From: Candidatus Saccharimonadales bacterium
GTDB lineage: Bacteria > Chloroflexota > Dormibacteria > Aeolococcales > Aeolococcaceae
Direction: 5' to 3'
Length of the DNA stretch: 64,000 nt
Assembly: GCA_035532495.1 (NCBI GenBank)
Contig: DATKQX010000052.1
Span: forward strand, 9,143 to 73,142
The notes beneath the pieces were generated by a model that saw only the letters and a program-made list of their open reading frames with translations, did not search any database and was not told the origin of the DNA. A program made the translations under genes and the position numbers. Below are positions 26,396-33,275 of the stretch, piece by piece (position 1 is the stretch's first letter; every line of letters begins with the position of its first letter).

Positions 26396-27853
26396 TCAGG
26401 GGACCACGTCATACATGGCGTCGAGCGCGGCGGCGAACAGGAGATCCAGGGCCTCGTTGCCCTCGGGCGAACCACCGAGGCCGTACAGCGCACCGCTCGT
26501 GGCCGGCCCCAGGCCAGGCGTCTTCGCGTATGCCACGGCGCCGCGGAGGTCCTCGAGGAACGCATCGGCGACCCCATCCGCGGTATTCGGCCGAGTCACG
26601 CAGAAGTGCAGCCCGGGCGGCAGCTGGAGGGCGTTGAGCCGCCAGCCCTTGCTGATGAGGTGGTCGTTGACGTGATAGATGTCGATGCCGCGGCCGCGGA
26701 ACGCGATGATGAACGTGGGATCGCCGAATACCTCCAATTCGGGGATCGCGGCGATGCCCTCGAGGATGGTTGCCGCAGTCTCGAAGATCCGCTCGGCGAT
26801 CTCCATGTAGCCCTGCTCGCCAAGGCTGAGCATCGCCGCCCACGCTGCAGCAACCACGCCGCCGGACCGGCTCCCCGACAATCCCGGCGACATGTAGATG
26901 CCGCCCGGCCAGTCGGGGTAGCTGAAGTACTGGTAGTGGCGCAGCGCGCTGTTCCGGTAGAGAAGCACCGAGGTGCCTTTGAGCGCGTATCCGAATTTGT
27001 GGGTGTCGGCGGAGATGCTCGTGACGCCGGGCAGCCGGAAGTCGAAGGTCGGGACCGGGTAGCCGAGCTTCTCGGCCCAGGGGAGGATGAATCCGCCCAT
27101 GCAGCCGTCGACGTGGAGGCCGAGGTCATACTCGAGCGCCAGGGCCGACAGCTCGTCGATCGGATCGATGAGCCCGTGCGGGTAATTGCCGGCGGAGCCG
27201 ACGATCGCCACGGTGTTCGACGTCACGTGGTCGCGCATCCACTCGACGTCGGCGCGCCAGTCCTCGCCCACGGGCGCCTTGATCAGCTTGATCCCAAGCA
27301 TGTACGCAGCTTTCTGAAGCGCCACGTGCGCCGTCACCGGGATGATGACCTCGGGCTCGGTGATCTCCTTCTCGATCCTGCCGCGCTCGCGGTACACGAG
27401 CATCGGGTTGATCAGGCTCTCGGTGCCGCCGAAGGTGACCACCCCACAGACCTCCTCGCCGGGGTGGTGCGACGGGATGGCCTCGCCGTGGAGCAGTGAC
27501 GCGGTCATCGCCACGATCTCGCCCTCGAGCTTGGTGGCGCTCGGGTACATGTCGCGCTGCAGGACATTGGCATGCGCGAAGAGCCCGTAGGCCTCGATCA
27601 GGAAGCGGTAGTGGTCGCGCCCACCGTGATAGATCGATCCCGAGACGCGCCCAGCATTCCCGATCCGGTCCTCCTCCTCCGCCATCGCGCCGAGCTCGGC
27701 AAGGATGCTCGCTCGGGAGCGGGGCTCCGTGGGGATTCGGTGGTGGGCCTCGAAACGGTCACGATACGGATGGAAGTCGATGAGACCTCCGAAGTCCTGG
27801 GAATCGTCAGCCAATGTGTGCGCCTCCTCGCGCAGAGGATTGTGGCGCGCCAC
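26396..27853 (-). CDS. PLP-dependent enzyme of the sphingosine-1-phosphate-lyase / group II decarboxylase family
   Basis: PLP-lysine motif SISADTHKFGYALKGTSVLLYR, matching the SPL pattern SxDxHKxGxxxKGxS. GTG 27853. Confidence 0.8.
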   Translation of the reverse strand: MARHNPLREEAHTLADDSQDFGGLIDFHPYRDRFEAHHRIPTEPRSRASILAELGAMAEEEDRIGNAGRVSGSIYHGGRDHYRFLIEAYGLFAHANVLQRDMYPSATKLEGEIVAMTASLLHGEAIPSHHPGEEVCGVVTFGGTESLINPMLVYRERGRIEKEITEPEVIIPVTAHVALQKAAYMLGIKLIKAPVGEDWRADVEWMRDHVTSNTVAIVGSAGNYPHGLIDPIDELSALALEYDLGLHVDGCMGGFILPWAEKLGYPVPTFDFRLPGVTSISADTHKFGYALKGTSVLLYRNSALRHYQYFSYPDWPGGIYMSPGLSGSRSGGVVAAAWAAMLSLGEQGYMEIAERIFETAATILEGIAAIPELEVFGDPTFIIAFRGRGIDIYHVNDHLISKGWRLNALQLPPGLHFCVTRPNTADGVADAFLEDLRGAVAYAKTPGLGPATSGALYGLGGSPEGNEALDLLFAAALDAMYDVVP

Positions 27854-27883
27854 CGCGTCGCGAGGCGTCTATGCTCGGCCGCG

Positions 27884-28900
27884 ATGGCTGATGACGTCGT
27901 GGTGGTCGAGGCATCGGGTCGCGACGTGCAGATCACCAACCCGGGAAAGGTCTACTTCAACGAGCGCGGCGACACCAAGCTCGACCTCGTCCGCTACTAC
28001 CAGTCCGTCGAGGAGCCGCTGCTCCGAGCCATGGGCGGCCGCCCCGTGCTGCTGCAGCGATTTCCCAACGGGGCGAGCGGTCCGTCGTTCTTCCAGAAGC
28101 GGGTGCCCGATACTCGACCCGACTGGCTCGAGACGACGATCGTGAGCACACCCAACGGCACGACGTCACGTGCGCTCGTCGCCGCCGACCTTGCCCACGT
28201 GCTCTGGGCGGTGAACATGGGCTGCCTCGGCTTCCACGTCTGGCCCTCGCTCGCCTCCGACCCCGAGCACGCCGACGAGCTCCGCATCGATCTCGACCCG
28301 AGCCCCGGTGTCACCTTCGCGATGGTGCAGGAGGCGGCGCGCGAGGTCCGCGCGCTCTTCGACGAGCTCGGCGTCGTGTGTCTGCCCAAGACCACCGGCA
28401 ACCGCGGCATCCACGTCTACGTCCGGCTGCAGCCGCGCTGGACGTCGTACGACGTGCGTTCCTCCGCTGTCGCGGTGGCGCGCGAGCTCGAACGCCGGCG
28501 TCCAGACCTCATCACCTGCGCGTGGTGGAAAGAGGAACGCGGCAGGCGAGTATTTGTCGACTTCAACCAGAACGCCCCGCACAAGACCATCTTCGGTGCG
28601 TGGTCGGCGCGGGCGAGGCCGGGGGCACAGGTGTCGACACCGTTCGCGTGGGAAGAGCTCGAGGGCATCGACCCCAACGTGCTCACCATCGTGACGGTGC
28701 CTCCACGGGTGGCACGCGACGGCGATCCGTGGATGGCGATGTCGACGGCACCGCAATCGCTCGAGCCCGTATACGCGCTGCACGAGCGGGACACCGCCGC
28801 GGGGCTCCCCGATGCGCCATGGCCGCCGCAGTACCCGAAGATGCCCGGCGAGCCGTCGCGGGTGGCGCCGAGCCGGGCGCGTAAATCCGAGGCGGACTGA
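27884..28900 (+). CDS. ligD: stand-alone LigD-type NHEJ polymerase/primase domain protein
   Basis: ATG 27884 within ORF 27572... ITNPGKVYF, LQRFPNG, DELRIDLDP, KTTGNRGIHVYV and VFVDFNQN match the LigD PolDom. No ligase or nuclease domain and no adjacent Ku gene. Confidence 0.85.
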   Translation: MADDVVVVEASGRDVQITNPGKVYFNERGDTKLDLVRYYQSVEEPLLRAMGGRPVLLQRFPNGASGPSFFQKRVPDTRPDWLETTIVSTPNGTTSRALVAADLAHVLWAVNMGCLGFHVWPSLASDPEHADELRIDLDPSPGVTFAMVQEAAREVRALFDELGVVCLPKTTGNRGIHVYVRLQPRWTSYDVRSSAVAVARELERRRPDLITCAWWKEERGRRVFVDFNQNAPHKTIFGAWSARARPGAQVSTPFAWEELEGIDPNVLTIVTVPPRVARDGDPWMAMSTAPQSLEPVYALHERDTAAGLPDAPWPPQYPKMPGEPSRVAPSRARKSEAD

Positions 28901-28943
28901 GGCATTTCGCGGTCAGCCCCTGCTGGGACGCTCGCGCCTGCAG

Positions 28944-29150
28944 TCATGGGGCAGCCCGCGGCCCCGATCGCGATTCCGCCGACACCGACGCGCTCAAGCG
29001 TTCCATGATGCGGAGAAGGTCAGCGCGACCACGGTCACTGAGGAGCGCGCGTCGTCGGGATCGGGCTCGCGCGCCACGAGCCCAGCCGCACTCATGCGAT
29101 CGAGCAGCCTGGACACCCCGGACGGCGCACATCGCCCAGCTCGGTCCCGC
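28944..29150 (-). pseudogene. decayed MarR-family regulator relic (at least 2 frameshifts, N-terminally truncated)
   Basis: MarR-like wHTH pieces are spread over three minus-strand frames: TELGDVRRPG / VSRLLDRMSAAGLVAREPDPD / RRALLSDRGRADLLRIMERL. No intact ORF. Confidence 0.4.
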
Positions 29151-29214
29151 GCGCAGCGCCTGGTTTCGCGACCCGGACGGCAACGTCCTGGGCCTGCGTC
29201 AGGCATAGGGGCGC

Positions 29215-29985
29215 TCAGTCGACCCGGCGGATCACCGCGCATGCCGCGGTGTCGCCGCCGTCGATGAACCAGACGGCCGTCGCCGGGTGACCCCGAGCGA
29301 TCGCAAGCTCCAGATCGGAGGTCAGGTCAAGCGGGCGGCGATACTCGAGAACCCCTCGCACCCGCCCGCCGATGGCCCCGCTGTCCGGGCCCGTTGCCAG
29401 TGCGCTCTCAAGTGCCGCCCAGTAGACCGCGTTGTTCGCGTGACCGAGGGTGTCGAGGTCGGACACCCGGATGGGCCAGCGAATCCGCATCGCCGCGGCC
29501 GCAGGCTCGGGTGGGAGTTCGAGCTTCGCCGACACCTTTCGTCCGAGCCCGGATGCGCCGTACAGATCGTCGAAGGCGGTCGGAAGGCGCGCCGGACGAG
29601 AGGTCACGCGATCGAGCAGCACCCAGATGCTCTCCGCCTCCGCGTGACCTCCGGCATCGCCGGTGATCGACGTGCGTCGTGCGGCCCAGTGCGATCCGGA
29701 CCCACTCGCCCAGGTGGCCAGGGATACGGCCCGATCAACGCTGAACGGCCGCTCGACCTGGATCACGGTGCGCCGGACGACCCAGGTGAGCAATTCGTCC
29801 TCAGCTCCCGCGTCCGCGACATCATCAGACGCGATGTCCTGCATATACCGTGCCAGGGCATCGAGCCGGAGACGGCCGTCGACTGCCACGTCGGCGAGCC
29901 GGATCGTGCGCCGCGAGCGAAAAACGCGACCGATGCGAGGCTCGGGGACGAGCGGCGATTCCATGACGGACGGCGCGCCGGCCAT
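29215..29985 (-). CDS. acyl-ACP thioesterase family protein (double hotdog)
   Basis: ORF 29215..30024. RLDALARYMQDIASDDV, a later second hotdog half and LDTLGHANNAVYWAALE. Start candidates are TTG 30024, ATG 29985 and ATG 29964. Confidence 0.75.
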   Translation of the reverse strand: MAGAPSVMESPLVPEPRIGRVFRSRRTIRLADVAVDGRLRLDALARYMQDIASDDVADAGAEDELLTWVVRRTVIQVERPFSVDRAVSLATWASGSGSHWAARRTSITGDAGGHAEAESIWVLLDRVTSRPARLPTAFDDLYGASGLGRKVSAKLELPPEPAAAAMRIRWPIRVSDLDTLGHANNAVYWAALESALATGPDSGAIGGRVRGVLEYRRPLDLTSDLELAIARGHPATAVWFIDGGDTAACAVIRRVD

Positions 29986-30079
29986 TGCTCGGATTGTGAC
30001 CGGAAGGTTTGTCGACTCGGACAATGGGGTAGGATGTCAGCATCACCTCAGTTCACGGGGTGCATCGCTCGTGGTCGTC

Positions 30080-30131
30080 ATTCCTTCTCGAACGGACGCG
30101 CTGCGTCTGTAACTTGCGTTCGAGAAGGAAT
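30080..30131 (+). promoter_or_regulatory. structured 5' leader of the cold-shock gene (15-bp perfect stem with nested hairpin)
   Basis: ATTCCTTCTCGAACG (30080..30094) pairs with CGTTCGAGAAGGAAT (30117..30131). The loop contains GACGC-GCT-GCGTC. The 3' arm ends 1 nt before the SD GGAGAG. Confidence 0.6.
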
Positions 30132-30144
30132 TGGAGAGACCAGA

Positions 30145-30345
30145 GTGACTGGTACCATCAAGAAGGTCGTCGCCGATCGCGGCTTCGGCTTCATTTCCGC
30201 TGAGGATGGACAGGAGTACTTCTTCCATCGCAGCGGCGTCGACAGTTCGTTGAACTTCGACACACTGGCCGCCGACGAGCGCGTGAGCTTTGAAGTGGAG
30301 CGCAGCGACAAGGGGCCCCGCGCCGCCCAGGTTCGCGCAGCCTAA
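30145..30345 (+). CDS. cspA: cold-shock protein (CspA family)
   Basis: GTG 30145 follows GGAGAG. The RNP1 motif RGFGFI and the 66-aa length match the CspA family; the RNP2 region FFH is a looser match. Confidence 0.9.
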   Translation: MTGTIKKVVADRGFGFISAEDGQEYFFHRSGVDSSLNFDTLAADERVSFEVERSDKGPRAAQVRAA

Positions 30346-30362
30346 GTCGCGCCTGAGGGTGT

Positions 30363-30390
30363 GCAGTCACCGCCGAAAGGTGGTGACTGC
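30363..30390 (+). terminator. hairpin downstream of csp
   Basis: GCAGTCACC (30363..30371) pairs with GGTGACTGC (30382..30390). Only a weak T tract follows. Confidence 0.45.
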
Positions 30391-30435
30391 GCACCTTCAC
30401 CATTTCGTAAGGGTGGTCGCCGTACCCTTGGGAAC

Positions 30436-30729
30436 ATGCCCCGTTACTCGCAGCTGGACTCGGCTCGTCTTCGCAGAGACCTGGGCCTTGCGCGTGCAAG
30501 GAAGATCATCGTCTACGCCGGGGTTGGGGCCGCGGGACTCACGACGACCATCGCACTCCTCGCCGCAGCGACCGCCCCGGGCCGGTCCACGGCGACGGGC
30601 TCCGCGACCACGCAGACGAATGCCGGTGGGCCGACGACCGGGGTGACATCTCCGGACTTCGTACCGCCGGGCAACCTTCCGCTTGCGGGCAACGGCGGCG
30701 TCCCCATCGCGGTGTCCGGCGGGTCCTGA
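30436..30729 (+). CDS. single-pass membrane protein, Thr/Gly/Pro-rich C-terminal tail predicted outside
   Basis: ATG 30436 within ORF 30361... Basic N-terminus (RLRRDLGLARARK), one TM (IIVYAGVGAAGLTTTIALLAAA), tail ending PIAVSGGS. Confidence 0.55.
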   Translation: MPRYSQLDSARLRRDLGLARARKIIVYAGVGAAGLTTTIALLAAATAPGRSTATGSATTQTNAGGPTTGVTSPDFVPPGNLPLAGNGGVPIAVSGGS

Positions 30730-30772
30730 TCCCGTCAGTCCAGTGATCGCGGCAGCTCTGGGGCCGACGCCC

Positions 30773-31768
30773 ATGTGGTACGCGACGCGCGCGAGCGGCT
30801 TCACAGCGCTTGTCCTCCTGAGCGCAACGGTTGCCATCGGTCTTGTGACGTCGATGCGCAGGAGTGGACGCGGATGGCCGAGGTTCGTCGTGCAGTCGGT
30901 CCACCGAGACCTGTCGCTGCTTGTCGTGCTCTTCCTGCTGGTGCACATCGTCACGTCCGTGCTTGATCCTTTCGCGAAGCTCTCGGTCCTTGACGCCGTC
31001 GTGCCATTCATCGCTTCCTACCGCCCACTCTGGCTCGGGCTCGGTGTGGTGAGCATTGAGTTGCTCATCGCGATCATCGCGACGAGCTTTGTGCGCCACC
31101 GCTTGAGCTGGCGGACGTGGCGCATCGTTCACCTGCTGGCGTACATCAGCTGGCCGATCGCTGTGATCCACGGCATCGGCACGGGAAGTGACACGAAATC
31201 GGCGTGGGCGCTCCTGCTGGTGACGGTCTGCGTGGCTGTCGTCATCGGCGCTCTCGTGTGGCGATTGACCCAGATCGGACCTCACTTCAAGGCGCTCGGA
31301 TGGCTCGGCATCGCCGCCGGGCTGACAGGGACCGCCGCCCTGATCGCCTGGATGGCGATCGGTCCACTGCAACCGGGCTGGGCGAAGGCCGCCGGCACGC
31401 CGGCCGACCTGCTCGCCGGGTCCTCGACCCGCGCGACGGGCTCCACGCCGGCGCCGATCCACGCCTTGACAGTCGGGCTCAATGACGCCGTCCGCGGATC
31501 GCTCGCACAGTCCCAGACAACCGTCACCGCCACCATGGTTGACACGCGCGATACGACGCTCAGTGTCGTGGTCCTCGCGAGGGCCGACGGCTCAGGACAG
31601 CTCTCGCTGTCGCAGGCCGGGACGTCGCTCTGCAACGCGCCTGTATCGGTCGGCACAAGTGCGATCACCGCCCAATGCGGAACGGTGCTCGTCAGCCTGC
31701 AACTGCAGTCCGACGGCACCGCGATCAACGGCACCATGACGACGCGCCGGGCCGCGGTGACACCCTGA
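30773..31768 (+). CDS. ferric-reductase-like (FRD) transmembrane protein with four conserved heme-ligand histidines and a C-terminal ~130-aa domain
   Basis: Six TMs, with H-x13-H in TM2 (VHRDLSLLVVLFLLVH) and H-x12-H in TM4 (VHLLAYISWPIAVIH). Start is ATG 30773 or GTG 30743. Confidence 0.75.
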   Translation: MWYATRASGFTALVLLSATVAIGLVTSMRRSGRGWPRFVVQSVHRDLSLLVVLFLLVHIVTSVLDPFAKLSVLDAVVPFIASYRPLWLGLGVVSIELLIAIIATSFVRHRLSWRTWRIVHLLAYISWPIAVIHGIGTGSDTKSAWALLLVTVCVAVVIGALVWRLTQIGPHFKALGWLGIAAGLTGTAALIAWMAIGPLQPGWAKAAGTPADLLAGSSTRATGSTPAPIHALTVGLNDAVRGSLAQSQTTVTATMVDTRDTTLSVVVLARADGSGQLSLSQAGTSLCNAPVSVGTSAITAQCGTVLVSLQLQSDGTAINGTMTTRRAAVTP

Positions 31769-33039
31769 TGCAGACGATCACCACGATGCAGCGATTGCTC
31801 CCGGACGCACGCACCCCGGAGAGTCTGGACGCGCACGTCGACGTGTTCGGACCGCGTCCGGTCGTCGATCCTCGCACACTGATCGAGGCTCTCGACGAGA
31901 GTGGGCTGCGTGGACGCGGAGGCGCGGGGTTCCCCACCGGGACCAAGTGGCGCGCCGTCATGCAGCACGCCAACGGTGCCGGGGCGGTCGTGATCGCGAA
32001 CGCCGCAGAGCGCGAACCGGCGAGCCACAAGGATCGAACGTTGATGTTGCTCCGGCCACATCTGGTGCTTGACGGACTCGAGCACGCCGCCGAGACACTC
32101 GGAGCGCGGCGCGCAATCGTCTACACCTCGCGTGCCGACGACGACATGCGCCGCACGCTCCAGGCGGCAATCACTGAACGCCGGCAGGTCGCGGACACGC
32201 GCGTCTTCATCGAGGTCGCAACGGGGCCGAATCGCTACGTCGCGGGCGAGGAGACCGCCCTCATCGCTCGCGTCTCAGGGCGCCTGGCGAAACCACGCGT
32301 CGTGCCTCCGCGCCCGTACGAGAACGGCGTCGACGGGATACCGACTCTCGTGCAGAACGTGGAAACCCTGGCACACGCGGCCCTCATCGCTCGTCGCGGA
32401 GCGAGTTGGTTCCGTTCGGTCGGCACCACTCGCACTCCTGGGACGGCATTGGTCTCGGTCACAGGTGCCGTGGCATCTCCGGGGGTGTTCGAGACTGATG
32501 CGACCGCCACGGTCGGCGACCTTGCCGGACGTGCCGGTGGGGTTATCGGCGAGCCGAGTGCAGTCATGATCGGTGGGTACTCCGGCCGCTGGGTCACCGC
32601 CGCCGCTGTGATGAACGTTCCAATCGACATCGATTCGCTTCGATCCGCAGGCGCCTCGCTCGGCGCCGGCATCCTCGCGTTCCTCCCAGTGAACGCTTGC
32701 GGCGTGGTTGAGACCGATCGGGTGCTGACCTACCTCGCGTCGGAGAGCGCGCGGCAGTGCGGCCCCTGCCACGTCGGACTCCCCGCGCTGGCCGACACGT
32801 TTCACCATGTTGCGACCGGTCGCGCCCGGCCGGCGGCGCTCGACACGCTCTTGCGATGGTCAGGCGACGTTCTCGGCCGCGGCGCGTGCCAGCATCCTGA
32901 CGGGGCGGCGCGTTTCCTCATGAGCGCCCTGCAGGTCTTCGGGGCGGATCTGCGCCACCACCTGCGTAACGGTGCGTGTCGCTATAGCGGCCAACCTCCG
33001 CTGCTGCCCATTCCCGAGTCCGAGGCCGGCTGGTGGTGA
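31768..33039 (+). CDS. NuoF-like (complex I 51-kDa subunit family) flavoprotein
   Basis: ATG 31768 overlaps the upstream TGA (TGATG). GLRGRGGAGFPTGTKW, YVAGEETALI, PTLVQNVET, and Fe-S region ESARQCGPCHVG. Confidence 0.85.
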   Translation: MQTITTMQRLLPDARTPESLDAHVDVFGPRPVVDPRTLIEALDESGLRGRGGAGFPTGTKWRAVMQHANGAGAVVIANAAEREPASHKDRTLMLLRPHLVLDGLEHAAETLGARRAIVYTSRADDDMRRTLQAAITERRQVADTRVFIEVATGPNRYVAGEETALIARVSGRLAKPRVVPPRPYENGVDGIPTLVQNVETLAHAALIARRGASWFRSVGTTRTPGTALVSVTGAVASPGVFETDATATVGDLAGRAGGVIGEPSAVMIGGYSGRWVTAAAVMNVPIDIDSLRSAGASLGAGILAFLPVNACGVVETDRVLTYLASESARQCGPCHVGLPALADTFHHVATGRARPAALDTLLRWSGDVLGRGACQHPDGAARFLMSALQVFGADLRHHLRNGACRYSGQPPLLPIPESEAGWW

Positions 33040-33275
33040 AGTTGCGCCTGAGCGTTGATCCGATCAAATGCAAGGCGCACGGCATGTGCGACGAGCTCAT
33101 CCCCGAACGCATCCGGATGGACGACTGGGGCTACCCCGTCATCGACCCACGCGCCGTGTCCCCGGAGCTAATCGACTTCGCTCGGCGAGCCGTCGGCGCG
33201 TGCCCTCGTGGCGCGCTGAGCATCGTCGCGATCGGTGACTCGGGTGCGCGAACCGTGCCAGACCACCCCGACTGA
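33033..33275 (+). CDS. small single-cluster ferredoxin (CxxHxxC...CP type)
   Basis: GTG 33033 overlaps the NuoF-like stop by 7 nt. CKAHGMC ... ACP gives three Cys ligands, as in actinobacterial 3Fe-4S ferredoxins. Confidence 0.75.
   Translation: MVKLRLSVDPIKCKAHGMCDELIPERIRMDDWGYPVIDPRAVSPELIDFARRAVGACPRGALSIVAIGDSGARTVPDHPD

Noticed and set aside
33168-33275. 108-nt convergent overlap between the ferredoxin gene and the histidine-kinase gene
   Set aside because: The kinase catalytic domain ends near GGGTSVGVVW. The overlap comes from a featureless C-terminal tail that runs on until the first stop, which is common in high-GC DNA, so it need not be functional.
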